From an uncultured Clostridia bacterium (GTDB lineage: Bacteria > Bacillota > Clostridia > Christensenellales > UBA1242): DNA of 64,000 bases. The number at the start of each line of letters is the position of its first letter. The first letter of the stretch is position 1. The stretch lies in the NCBI GenBank assembly GCA_937891595.1, contig CALATF010000052.1:17921-81920 (forward strand), read 5' to 3'. Below the pieces are notes generated by a model. That model saw only the letters and a program-made list of their open reading frames with translations, ran no database searches and was not told the origin of the DNA. Positions 10,547 through 21,460 of the stretch are shown piece by piece. A program made the translations under genes and the position numbers.

Positions 10547-11674
10547 TTATCTTCTATAGTCAACCTTTATTTGTTCCTGTCTTTTTAGTTCTTTTTTATC
10601 TTCAATTTTATTACATACAACTGTGCTAATAGGAGTGATAATTGTTGACATTAACGAGTTAGTAATAATATATAAAGCAAATATTGCACTAGATGAAATA
10701 GTAAACAACAACATAGCAATAGGTAAAATCCACATCATAGCTTTTGCAAGGCCAGGTTGTTGAACATTAACTGCTTGCCCGTTCTTTGCTTTTGGTTGTG
10801 ATATTTTTCTAATAAACCATTGTGATAAGAATGAAACCAACACAACAATAACAGATAAAACATAAAAACCATTTACATTATTAGTATTGTCATAACCTTG
10901 TAATAATAATCCCATTACCAAGTTATATTCTTCTTTGCTAACCTCAACATCTGTTGAAGCTTTAAAACTTTCGTAAGTAGAAATTTCTTTTACAGAAGCT
11001 TTGTCTGGTAACCATATATTTTTAATCCAAAGCCAACTGTCTTTAATGTCTTTGTATTTTTCAACAACTGCTTTTTGAGCATTGTTTATTGCAGTGTCTT
11101 TATTTTCTTTAACAGCAGTTTCATCACCTATTAAACTTTCTTTTTCAGCAATTAATGCCTTTTGTTCGTCTGCTTTTAAAGTTTTAAAGTTTTGTAAATC
11201 ATCAATTCCCAAATAATCTTGATAATATTCTTTTTCATAGGAAGTGTAATAAGTTGTTTGTAATTCTTCATACTGTTTTCCTATTTTGTAACCAGAAATA
11301 AATTTTAAAGAATTGAATAATGTTAAAAACACTGTAAGTGTAACAACCATATAAACTAACATTACTATACAAGAACCACCCATTCCCATATTATGTTTTT
11401 TGTATAGTTCGTTTTGTTTTTGATATAAAAGCTGTTGATTTTGCCCATATCTTTTTTTAAGTTTTTCTAGTTCAGGTTGAAGTTTTGCCTGTACTCTAGA
11501 TGTTTTATTAGTGTAATATCTTTGCAAAAAATCTAGTGGTGAAAGCACTAGTTTTAATACAACGGTAAAAAGAATAATTGTCCAAGCATAACTACCAACA
11601 TCAAAAATCTTAATAAGACTGGACCAAAAATTATTCTCTGGCCAAGCAGAGCTTAATAAATTTATAAAATCCAT
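10547..11674 (-). CDS. yidC: Membrane protein insertase YidC/SpoIIIJ family
   Basis: 375 aa multi-TM protein in the conserved rnpA-yidD-yidC-jag cluster. Confidence 0.88.
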   Translation of the reverse strand: MDFINLLSSAWPENNFWSSLIKIFDVGSYAWTIILFTVVLKLVLSPLDFLQRYYTNKTSRVQAKLQPELEKLKKRYGQNQQLLYQKQNELYKKHNMGMGGSCIVMLVYMVVTLTVFLTLFNSLKFISGYKIGKQYEELQTTYYTSYEKEYYQDYLGIDDLQNFKTLKADEQKALIAEKESLIGDETAVKENKDTAINNAQKAVVEKYKDIKDSWLWIKNIWLPDKASVKEISTYESFKASTDVEVSKEEYNLVMGLLLQGYDNTNNVNGFYVLSVIVVLVSFLSQWFIRKISQPKAKNGQAVNVQQPGLAKAMMWILPIAMLLFTISSSAIFALYIITNSLMSTIITPISTVVCNKIEDKKELKRQEQIKVDYRR

Positions 11675-11949
11675 TTTATCTTTCCTTTAATATTGGGTTT
11701 AACTTCGTCACGTCCGCCCTTATTCCATGGGTTACATCTAGCTATTCTTTTAAATCCCATAATCGAGCCTTTAAAAATACCATACTCTTTAACGGCTGTT
11801 AAAAAATATTTTGAACAACTAGGATAAAACCTACACACATGGGGAAGAAAGGGGGATATACAAAACTTATAGAAATATAAAAAGAAATATTCTATAATTA
11901 AAAGTGGAAAGAATATAATTTTACAAAAAATATTTAAAATTTTTAGCAT
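11662..11949 (-). CDS. yidD: Membrane protein insertion efficiency factor YidD
   Basis: CRFYPSCSKY and RCNPW motifs. It lies between rnpA and yidC. Confidence 0.88.
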   Translation of the reverse strand: MLKILNIFCKIIFFPLLIIEYFFLYFYKFCISPFLPHVCRFYPSCSKYFLTAVKEYGIFKGSIMGFKRIARCNPWNKGGRDEVKPNIKGKIKWIL

Positions 11950-11955
11950 ATAAAA

Positions 11956-12291
11956 TTAACTAATAAACTTAGCCTTTTTTAATAAATTAAAAAAATGCTC
12001 TTGCAAAGTAAAATAATCTAAGTTTTCACAACCTTGCTTTGCAACGAAAATATAATTATTGTTTGGCAATTTTTGTAAATTAAGCCTAACAATTTCACTA
12101 AGCTTTCTTTTAACTTTGTGCCTTACAACACTATTGCCAACTTTATTGCTTACGCTAAAACCAACTTTTTTATCTTTAAGTTTTGTTTTATGTACATACA
12201 TAGCAATAAACTTTGAATAAAAAACTTCGCCTTTTTTGTAAATAAAATTAAATTCTTTCTTTTTTTTAAGTCTATTATTTTTTTTTAACAT
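11956..12291 (-). CDS. rnpA: Ribonuclease P protein component
   Basis: 111-aa basic protein with the segment KVGNSVVRHKVKRKL, directly downstream of rpmH. Confidence 0.9.
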   Translation of the reverse strand: MLKKNNRLKKKKEFNFIYKKGEVFYSKFIAMYVHKTKLKDKKVGFSVSNKVGNSVVRHKVKRKLSEIVRLNLQKLPNNNYIFVAKQGCENLDYFTLQEHFFNLLKKAKFIS

Positions 12292-12302
12292 TTTTTCTTA
12301 AA

Positions 12303-12440
12303 TTAAGCAGATAAAACTTTTCTGCCACGATTTCTACGTCTTTTTAAAACTTTTCTACCATTTCTTGTAGCCATTCTTTTTCTAAAGCCATGAACTTTAA
12401 CTCTTCTTTTTTTGTTTGGTTGGTAAGTTCCCTTTTCCAT
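12303..12440 (-). CDS. rpmH: 50S ribosomal protein L34
   Basis: Too short for the ORF track. My translation is [45 protein letters not shown] (45 aa), with SD AGGAGG 7 nt upstream of the ATG at 12440. Confidence 0.95.
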   Translation of the reverse strand: MEKGTYQPNKKRRVKVHGFRKRMATRNGRKVLKRRRNRGRKVLSA

Positions 12441-12560
12441 AAAAAACCTCCTGTAAAATTTTATATAAGAAATTAAATTTTTTCTTTGTGCAAGTTTGTC
12501 CGTGGTAAAAGATTAATCGGTCGCTTTAAAACTGGTCTTCAATATTAAACTCGCTTGGCT

Positions 12561-12589
12561 AGTTTAGAATATTTTAACTTACTTGTCAA
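12561..12589 (-). promoter_or_regulatory. Putative sigma-A promoter of rpmH-rnpA (TTGACA-17-TAAACT)
   Basis: TTGACA is the reverse complement of 12584-12589 and TAAACT of 12561-12566. This implies a ~115-nt leader. Confidence 0.4.
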
Positions 12590-12710
12590 CAAAAAAATTC
12601 TTGAAAAATTTATATACTTTGCACTAAAATTTTTTTGCTAATTAAAATATATTATTTTATTAATAATATAGTTTAAAAACAAAACCGACCAACTTGTATT
12701 AAACAAAATT

Positions 12711-12741
12711 GCTACATTCCTTTGTTTTAGCGGAATGTAGC
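12711..12741 (-). terminator. Hairpin downstream of the 12888-13712 ORF
   Basis: GCTACATTCC (12711-12720) pairs with GGAATGTAGC (12732-12741) around an 11-nt loop. On the minus strand it is followed by AATTTTGTTT. Confidence 0.5.
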
Positions 12742-12887
12742 AAGAAATCTTTTATATTACTAAAAACAAAAAACAGTTAGTCGATTTTTCGTTTTAATAT
12801 TTTAACTTTTAAATTTATTTAAAATTTTATATTTCTTTAAATTTTATTTTTAACAAATCTAAAATCGTAAGCAATTTTATTTTGATT

Positions 12888-13712
12888 TTAGTTTTCAACC
12901 ATATCAGAAGTAGCTTCGTTAAAATTTTGTTCACCGACTACACCGTCGAGATTTTCGGCAAAACTTTTGTCTAAATTAAATCTTAATTTGTCTACTATAA
13001 AACTTGCGCTTGCCCCCCAAATATCATTACTAAAACTCCCAAAATTCAAACTTCTCATTGTTTGTTCATTAGGAAAATAGTTGAAATTAACTGAAACATA
13101 GTTAGGGTCAGAAGAATATGAGTAAACTTCATTATCGCACATCTCTTTTGAAGAATGAATATTACATATCCCCTGAGCAACTGCTTGTTGTATCTCATCA
13201 AAAGAAAATTGCTTTAATTCAATATTTGTTCCCTTTTGTGGTTCTTTATAAAATTTTGTAGGAATACTAAAAAATTCATGAACATCAACCAAAGGCATTA
13301 AAGTTAAAAACAATTCTTCTACTGTCTTTTTTTCTGGTAAGTTATTGTCAGCACTGTTTACTAAAACTATAACATCATTTTGATAAGTATAGTATTTTAA
13401 AAGGTCATATGTTGATACATAATCTTTCCAATTTTCACCTTGTTGTTTTATTTCAAAGTATCTACCAACACCTTCTTTCCCAGCTGTCTTTTGTATAAAT
13501 TGAGTTTCTAAAAAATTATTGATTATTTTTGGTCTTTCGCCAGTAAGAAAACCTCTTAATTCTTTATTAATAAAAAATTCATCTCTTTTTTCGTTAGGAT
13601 TACTAAAACCATATCTAGATGCAACATCGTTATTGTACATACTATCAATTTTGTTGTCGTTATCATCTGTTAGAGCTCTAAAAATTCCTCTAAGTAGTTC
13701 TTCTGTGTACAT
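12888..13712 (-). CDS. Hypothetical protein (no family recognised)
   Basis: A clean 274-aa ORF with no TM segment or signal peptide. The opposite-strand ORF 13519-13728 is a low-complexity shadow. Confidence 0.6.
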   Translation of the reverse strand: MYTEELLRGIFRALTDDNDNKIDSMYNNDVASRYGFSNPNEKRDEFFINKELRGFLTGERPKIINNFLETQFIQKTAGKEGVGRYFEIKQQGENWKDYVSTYDLLKYYTYQNDVIVLVNSADNNLPEKKTVEELFLTLMPLVDVHEFFSIPTKFYKEPQKGTNIELKQFSFDEIQQAVAQGICNIHSSKEMCDNEVYSYSSDPNYVSVNFNYFPNEQTMRSLNFGSFSNDIWGASASFIVDKLRFNLDKSFAENLDGVVGEQNFNEATSDMVEN

Positions 13713-13800
13713 ATATTTTTCCTTTTAATTCAACTAAAATAGTGTATCATAGCTTTTTAAAAATATATATAGTCAGTTTGCACATATTTTTATTTTTTTA

Positions 13801-13832
13801 TTATCCACAAACACTTAACTAAATGTGGATAA
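13801..13832. promoter_or_regulatory. Convergent pair of perfect DnaA boxes (TTATCCACA-N14-TGTGGATAA)
   Basis: TTATCCACA at 13801-13809 and TGTGGATAA at 13824-13832. Confidence 0.8.
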
Positions 13833-13860
13833 TATCCTTTGTTTTAGCGACATATAACTA

Positions 13861-14132
13861 TTTTTTAATAAATAAATATTTAAAAATAAAAAATATAATT
13901 TTTTTAAATTCTATTATTAAATTTTTTATATTAAATTATAAATTAATTAATAATATAATATAATAAAAAAATAAAATTTTTTAATTTTTTTTCATAAAAA
14001 TAATACTTTATTATAATTTAATAAATAATATAGTTGTTTATAATTTTTTTCGTAATTTTTTAACGTAAAAAGAAAAAAATTTTTATAATATATTAATTAA
14101 TAAAATAATTTTATGTTTTAAAAAAAATAATA
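13861..14132. other. Extreme A+T tract (candidate DNA-unwinding region)
   Basis: I count 11 G/C in 272 nt (~96% A+T). It lies directly beside the DnaA-box pair and downstream of dnaN. Confidence 0.4.
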
Positions 14133-14171
14133 AAAAAAACAACCCGATTAGGTTGCTTTTTTATTTAAATT

Positions 14172-15278
14172 TTATTGATTTATAATTCTAACAGGTAAAA
14201 TTAAGTATAAATATTCGTCTCCATCATTTGGTGTTATTACACATGGGCTTGAAGGCATATTAAAACTAATTTTTATTGCTTCGTCAGAAATTGTTCTTAA
14301 ACATTCAGTAAAATATCTGCTATTAAAAGCAATTGTTAAATCATTACCTTTAAGTGAAATACCTATGTTTTCTTTTATATTGCCTATGTCTGAGTTAGAA
14401 GTAAGTGTTAAAACTTTTTCTTTAATATCAAATTTAACTAAATTGTTTCTATCTACCCTAGAAAGCACTGAAGTTCTTTCAATAGCTTCTTCAAAAACAT
14501 TTTTACTAATTGTAAGATTTGTTGAAAAATCTTTTGGAATAATTTGTTTGTAATTAATAAAATCGCCATCAATAAGTCTTGTAATAATTTTTGTGTTATC
14601 AAATTCAACCATTAAGAAGTTCTTTTGAATATAAACATTAATTTCTTCATCGTTATCTTCTAAGAACTTGCAAATTTCAGTTAAACTTTTAGCTGGAACA
14701 ATAATGCTTGTATTAACTGTTGTTTTAACTAATGGTTTTTTAACAAATGCAAGTCTATAACCATCAAGACCAACAGAATTAATACAATCTTGGTTAATTT
14801 CAAAACAACAACCTTTTAAAACTGGTCTAGTATCATCAATAGCAGTTGAGAAAATTGATTTGTTAATAAGAGTTTTAAAATCTTTTTGTTTAATTGTAAA
14901 GAAATCACCATCTTCAATAATATTTAAATTAGGAAACTCTACAACATTAAAACATTGAACATAACTTTCACTATCTGTGTAATTAATTTTTAATCTGTTT
15001 TTATCAGATAATTCAAGTTCTATTTTTTCTCCAGTAAGTTTTTTAATAAATTCCGAAAAGAATTTACCAGGAATAACTGTTTCGCCTTCTAATTTTACAT
15101 CTGCTTTAATTGTTTTTTCAATAGCTAACTCTAAGTCTGTTGCTGATAACTTTAATCTATCATTTTCTGCACTAAGTTTAATACCTTCTAAAACCGGATT
15201 TGTAGTTTTGTTAGATATTGCTTTTATTACTTGAGCAGTTGCAATACTTAAGTCAAGCCCGTCACATACAACCTTCAT
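14172..15278 (-). CDS. dnaN: DNA polymerase III beta sliding clamp
   Basis: 368 aa with full-length DnaN-like sequence (MKVVCDGLDLSIATAQVIKAISNKTTNPVLEGI..), adjacent to dnaA. Confidence 0.95.
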   Translation of the reverse strand: MKVVCDGLDLSIATAQVIKAISNKTTNPVLEGIKLSAENDRLKLSATDLELAIEKTIKADVKLEGETVIPGKFFSEFIKKLTGEKIELELSDKNRLKINYTDSESYVQCFNVVEFPNLNIIEDGDFFTIKQKDFKTLINKSIFSTAIDDTRPVLKGCCFEINQDCINSVGLDGYRLAFVKKPLVKTTVNTSIIVPAKSLTEICKFLEDNDEEINVYIQKNFLMVEFDNTKIITRLIDGDFINYKQIIPKDFSTNLTISKNVFEEAIERTSVLSRVDRNNLVKFDIKEKVLTLTSNSDIGNIKENIGISLKGNDLTIAFNSRYFTECLRTISDEAIKISFNMPSSPCVITPNDGDEYLYLILPVRIINQ

Positions 15279-15328
15279 TTTATATTCTCCTTTTTTTTAA
15301 TTTAATAATAATATTAAGCGTGTGTAAA

Positions 15329-15558
15329 TGTGAATAACCTTTTTTTTAACAAAATGTTGTGTTTTTATTTTAGCACAAATTTCAAAAAACTCAATATGTT
15401 GTTGTGGATAATTTTTTTTAGCAATAATTAAAATTGTTGATAACTTTATCTTTGTTCGACCAAGTGTTCTAAAACACTTTCGCGCGTATTAAATTATTAA
15501 TTTATTAATAATATTAATTATAAAACGTTATTAATAAGCATTGTGAATTTGTGTATAA
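15329..15558. promoter_or_regulatory. DnaA-box cluster in the dnaA-dnaN spacer (oriC part)
   Basis: TGTGGATAA at 15403-15411 is perfect. One-mismatch boxes are TGTGAATAA 15329-15337, TGTTGATAA 15435-15443 and TGTGTATAA 15550-15558. All share the same orientation. Confidence 0.7.
15481..15525. other. GC cluster (CGCGCG) followed by 39 nt of pure A/T: candidate DUE
   Basis: CGCGCG at 15481-15486, then an uninterrupted A/T run at 15487-15525, lying between DnaA boxes. Confidence 0.4.
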
Positions 15559-15668
15559 CTTTTTATACAACCCATATATTGTGGTTTTTTTAAAAAAAAT
15601 TAAAAAAAATCAATAAATATTGATAAATTTTATCAACAAAAAAAGTGGAAAAATATGTATATTTGTTT

Positions 15669-17027
15669 TTAATTGTCAGATTTTATCATAGCGATAATAT
15701 CTTCAATATTTGTTTTTAAAGACCTATCAGTCTTAATGTTTTGTGAAATTTTATCCCTAGCGTGCATAATTGTTGTATGGTCCCTACCACCAAAAGCATT
15801 ACCTATTGTCATTAAAGGAACATCCATAAGTTCTGTAATTAAATAAATACAAATTTGCCTTGGGTCAACAATTTCTTTGTTTTTCTTTTTGCCAACAAGG
15901 TCTGCTTTTTTAACATTGTAATATTTACAAACAGTGTCCATAATCTTTTCGACTGTCAAGTTTTGATTTTGAGTGTTAGCAATATCTTTTAAAGCTTCTT
16001 CAGCTTCAAGCATTGTAGCTTTAGATCTACCTATTAAACTAGAAAGTGAAACAACTTTATTTAAACTACCTTCAAGTTCCCTGATATTTGTATCAATACT
16101 TTCAGCAAGAAATTCTAAAACATCATTTTCAACACTATAATTTTCTATTTCAACTTTCTTTTGTAAAATTGCAAGTCTTGTTTCAAAATCAGGTTTTTGA
16201 ATATCTTGAATCAAACCGCCCGTAAATCTTGATTTTAAACGTTCCTCAAGTGTTTCCATGTTTCTTGGGTGTTTATCAGAAGAAATTACAATTTGTTTGT
16301 CTAATTGATATAAATCATTAAAAGTGTGGAAGAATTCTTCCTGAGTGCTTGTTTTGTTAGAAATAAATTGAATATCATCAACCATTAAAACATCAACATC
16401 TCTATATTTATCTCTAAAAGCTTTATTAGCATTTTCTTTTTTATCTGCTTTTAAAGCTTGGATATAGTCGTTTGTGAATTGTTCACTTGTAACATATAAA
16501 ATTTTTATATTTTTGTTATTTTTTTTAATATAATTACCTATTGCGTGCAATAAGTGAGTTTTTCCTAAACCAACGCCACCGTAAATAAAAAGTGGATTGT
16601 ATTTTTTACCTGGGTTTTCGGCAACACTTCTTGAAGCTGCGTAAACAAATTGATTGCTTTTACCAACAACAAAACTTTCAAATGTGTATTTTTCGTTTAA
16701 TTTGTTTTTATCGTTTAACATGTTATTAGTTTCAATCATGTCCTCAGCTTCTTTAACATCTTCTAAAAAAGCTTCTTTTTCACCTGGTTCTAAAACTAAA
16801 ATATCTTCAATGTTGTCAAAATGTTCTTTAACAACGTTTAATAATTTTTCTTTATGCAATTTTAAAAGTTGATTTTTGTTTGTAGAGGTTGAAGCCAAAA
16901 CAACTAATTTATTTTTATCAACCTTAATAGGCTCTAAAGTTTCAATATATAAATCGTAACTTACTGCAGTTACCAAATTTTCCATTTCTTTTAGAACTTC
17001 ATTCCACCTAGTTAAAAAATTATTCAT
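15669..17027 (-). CDS. dnaA: Chromosomal replication initiator DnaA
   Basis: 452 aa with Walker A GGVGLGKTHLLHAIGN and the C-terminal DNA-binding segment GGRDHTTIMHARDKI. Confidence 0.97.
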   Translation of the reverse strand: MNNFLTRWNEVLKEMENLVTAVSYDLYIETLEPIKVDKNKLVVLASTSTNKNQLLKLHKEKLLNVVKEHFDNIEDILVLEPGEKEAFLEDVKEAEDMIETNNMLNDKNKLNEKYTFESFVVGKSNQFVYAASRSVAENPGKKYNPLFIYGGVGLGKTHLLHAIGNYIKKNNKNIKILYVTSEQFTNDYIQALKADKKENANKAFRDKYRDVDVLMVDDIQFISNKTSTQEEFFHTFNDLYQLDKQIVISSDKHPRNMETLEERLKSRFTGGLIQDIQKPDFETRLAILQKKVEIENYSVENDVLEFLAESIDTNIRELEGSLNKVVSLSSLIGRSKATMLEAEEALKDIANTQNQNLTVEKIMDTVCKYYNVKKADLVGKKKNKEIVDPRQICIYLITELMDVPLMTIGNAFGGRDHTTIMHARDKISQNIKTDRSLKTNIEDIIAMIKSDN

Positions 17028-17054
17028 ACAAACCTCTCAAATAAATATATAATT

Positions 17055-17083
17055 ATATTACTACAATAATTAATATTTGTCAA
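17055..17083 (-). promoter_or_regulatory. Putative dnaA promoter (TTGACA-17-TAATAT)
   Basis: TTGACA is the reverse complement of 17078-17083 and TAATAT of 17055-17060. SD GAGAGG precedes the ATG at 17027. Confidence 0.5.
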
Positions 17084-17358
17084 GAAAATAAAGGTTTTTA
17101 GCCTTTTTTAGTAAGTAATAAATTTGTTCAATTTGTACAAAAATTTAATAAAATTTATTATGTATAAAATATAAAAATACTTTTAAACAAGCAATAAAAA
17201 TTTTTGGTTAAAAATAACAAAAAATAGTATATTTTGGTAAAAAATATCTATTTTTACTTAAAAACAATAAAAACAAATGTTTTTTAATAAAAAATTATAG
17301 AATTTAATTTATTTAAAAATACCTTTTAAAAGTGTTTAAATTATGATAAAATATTCAC

Positions 17359-18465
17359 ATGTATATAGAAAGTGTAAAACTAGAAAATTTTAGAAATTAT
17401 AATACGTGTGAAGTAAAATTAAAGCCAAATCTAAATGTTTTTAAGGGTAACAATGCTCAAGGTAAGACAAATTTTTTAGAAAGCATATATTTTTCAAGCA
17501 TAGGTAAATCTCCTAAAACAAATAAAGAAAAAGACTTAATTTTATGGGGCGAAGATAGTGCAAAAATAACAATTAACCTAAAAAAACAATATTTTAGTCA
17601 AAAAATAGAGGTTTTTTTAAACAAAAGCACTAATAAAACAATAAAAATAAATAGTTTGAATATTAGAAAAATAGGTGACTTAATAGGAGAAATGCCAGTT
17701 GTTTATTTTTCTCCCGAGGAAATAGGTTTAATAAAAGATGGTCCTGCAGATAGAAGAAGATTTATGGATATTGATATTAGTCAATTAAATAAAAACTATT
17801 TTTACTTGCTTTGCAGGTATGAAAAAGTTTTGGCAGAACGAAATAAATTATTAAAGCAAACAAGAAAAATTGAAAATCTTTATGAAACCATTGAACTTTG
17901 GGATTCTCAACTTGCAGATATAGCTAGTAAAATTATATTTTTTAGGTTGGATTTTATAGAAAAAATTAAAGAACCCGCAAAAAAAGTTCATTCCAATATA
18001 ACTTCTAATCAAGAAGTGCTTGAAGTAAAATATCAGGGTATTCAATTAAAAAATGTTGAAGAAATTAAAGGAAAGTTATTAAAAGCTTATAAATCTAGTT
18101 TGCAAAAAGATTTTGAGTTTGGTTATACAACGGTAGGCCCACATAGAGATGATATAGAAATTACAATCAACAACATTGATATTCGAAATTTTGGTTCACA
18201 AGGTCAACAAAGGCTCGCAACTCTTTCTCTCAAAGTTGCCGAACTTGTTTTATTTGAAAAACAAACAGGTGAAAAACCTATTTTACTTCTTGATGATGTT
18301 TTAAGTGAATTAGATGCAAAAAGACAAAAAAATTTATTAAATGAAATAAAAAATTATCAAACTATAATAACAACTACAAAATTTGGTAAAATTTCAGATG
18401 AAAATAGTACAATTTTTATGGTAAAAAATGCTGTTATTGAAGAAAAACAAAATATAAAAAATTAA
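17359..18465 (+). CDS. recF: DNA replication/repair protein RecF
   Basis: Walker A GNNAQGKTNFLESIY, signature GSQGQQRLATLSLK and Walker B LLLDDVLSELD. Confidence 0.95.
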   Translation: MYIESVKLENFRNYNTCEVKLKPNLNVFKGNNAQGKTNFLESIYFSSIGKSPKTNKEKDLILWGEDSAKITINLKKQYFSQKIEVFLNKSTNKTIKINSLNIRKIGDLIGEMPVVYFSPEEIGLIKDGPADRRRFMDIDISQLNKNYFYLLCRYEKVLAERNKLLKQTRKIENLYETIELWDSQLADIASKIIFFRLDFIEKIKEPAKKVHSNITSNQEVLEVKYQGIQLKNVEEIKGKLLKAYKSSLQKDFEFGYTTVGPHRDDIEITINNIDIRNFGSQGQQRLATLSLKVAELVLFEKQTGEKPILLLDDVLSELDAKRQKNLLNEIKNYQTIITTTKFGKISDENSTIFMVKNAVIEEKQNIKN

Positions 18466-19118
18466 AAAAGATTTAAATTATACAAATTTAAGTCTTTTTT
18501 TATTAAAAAATTGCCAAAATTATAAAGAAAATATAAATAAAAATAAAAAAATATTTAAAAATAAAAGTCAAAAAACAAATTATTACAATAAAATCTAAAA
18601 CTTTTAAATAAATATTAAATTGTATAAATTTAAAATTAAATTAAAACTTTATATAAAAAATGATTAAAATTAAATATACACATAAAAGTTAAAATTATAA
18701 AAATTATAATTAAAACTATTTTATTTTTTATAGTTTTTTATAAAAATAATTAAAACAAAAATACTTTTAAATCTTAAAAAATGTTTTTTTAAATTAAAAT
18801 TTTTGTTTAAAAATTTTTATTAAAATAATAATTTTATTAAAAATTTCTAAAAAAAAGCCAAAAAAGCATCAATTTTCACTTAATTTTCATGTTTTTCACA
18901 CACTTTGGCAAACGCTAAAAATTTTAAATTAACATAGTTATAAAATTATAATTATTATAATTTAATGATTTGTCTTAATTTTTATCTATTTTTAGGCAAA
19001 ATTTTATCCTGAAATTATAAAAAATTTTTCATAAAAAATTTACAAATTTGCTTTTTTTTTAAAAACATATATGATATATTATATATATAATATATATTAA
19101 TAATATTATAATAGGAAA

Positions 19119-19159
19119 AACCAAACATCGAACACAAGTTTGGTTACTTAATTTTTTTT
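19119..19159 (+). promoter_or_regulatory. Hairpin plus T-run in the gyrB leader (terminator/attenuator-like)
   Basis: AACCAAAC (19119-19126) pairs with GTTTGGTT (19138-19145). T8 at 19152-19159 ends ~8 nt before the gyrB SD AAGGAG. Confidence 0.35.
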
Positions 19160-19163
19160 GTAA

Positions 19164-21116
<1,953 letters not shown>

Positions 21117-21133
21117 ATTAAAGAGAATAAATA

Positions 21134-21451
21134 ATGGTAGATTTAAATAAATTACAGCAAGAAATTTATCAAAATAAAGTTAACAAAGGTTTTAATGTTT
21201 CAGATAATAAGGAAAATATATACAGGCAATTTTGCTTAATACAGGGTGAGCTTTCCGAAGCTTTTGAAGCTTATAATAAAAACTTAAATAATTTAGGTGA
21301 AGAACTTGCAGATGTTTGTATTTATATTCTTGGTTTAAGCCAAATAAAAGGCATAAATCTTGAAGAAGAAATATTAAAAAAAATAGAAGTTAACAAAAAA
21401 AGAAAATATAAAAACGTTAATGGAGTTTTTATAAAAGAAGAACAAAAATAG
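21134..21451 (+). CDS. MazG-like all-alpha nucleotide pyrophosphohydrolase (small, single domain)
   Basis: 105 aa. The helix pair GELSEAFEAY ... EELADVCIYILGL matches the MazG/YpjD-type metal-binding E-x-x-E/D motifs. Confidence 0.7.
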   Translation: MVDLNKLQQEIYQNKVNKGFNVSDNKENIYRQFCLIQGELSEAFEAYNKNLNNLGEELADVCIYILGLSQIKGINLEEEILKKIEVNKKRKYKNVNGVFIKEEQK

Positions 21452-21460
21452 GTAAAAATA

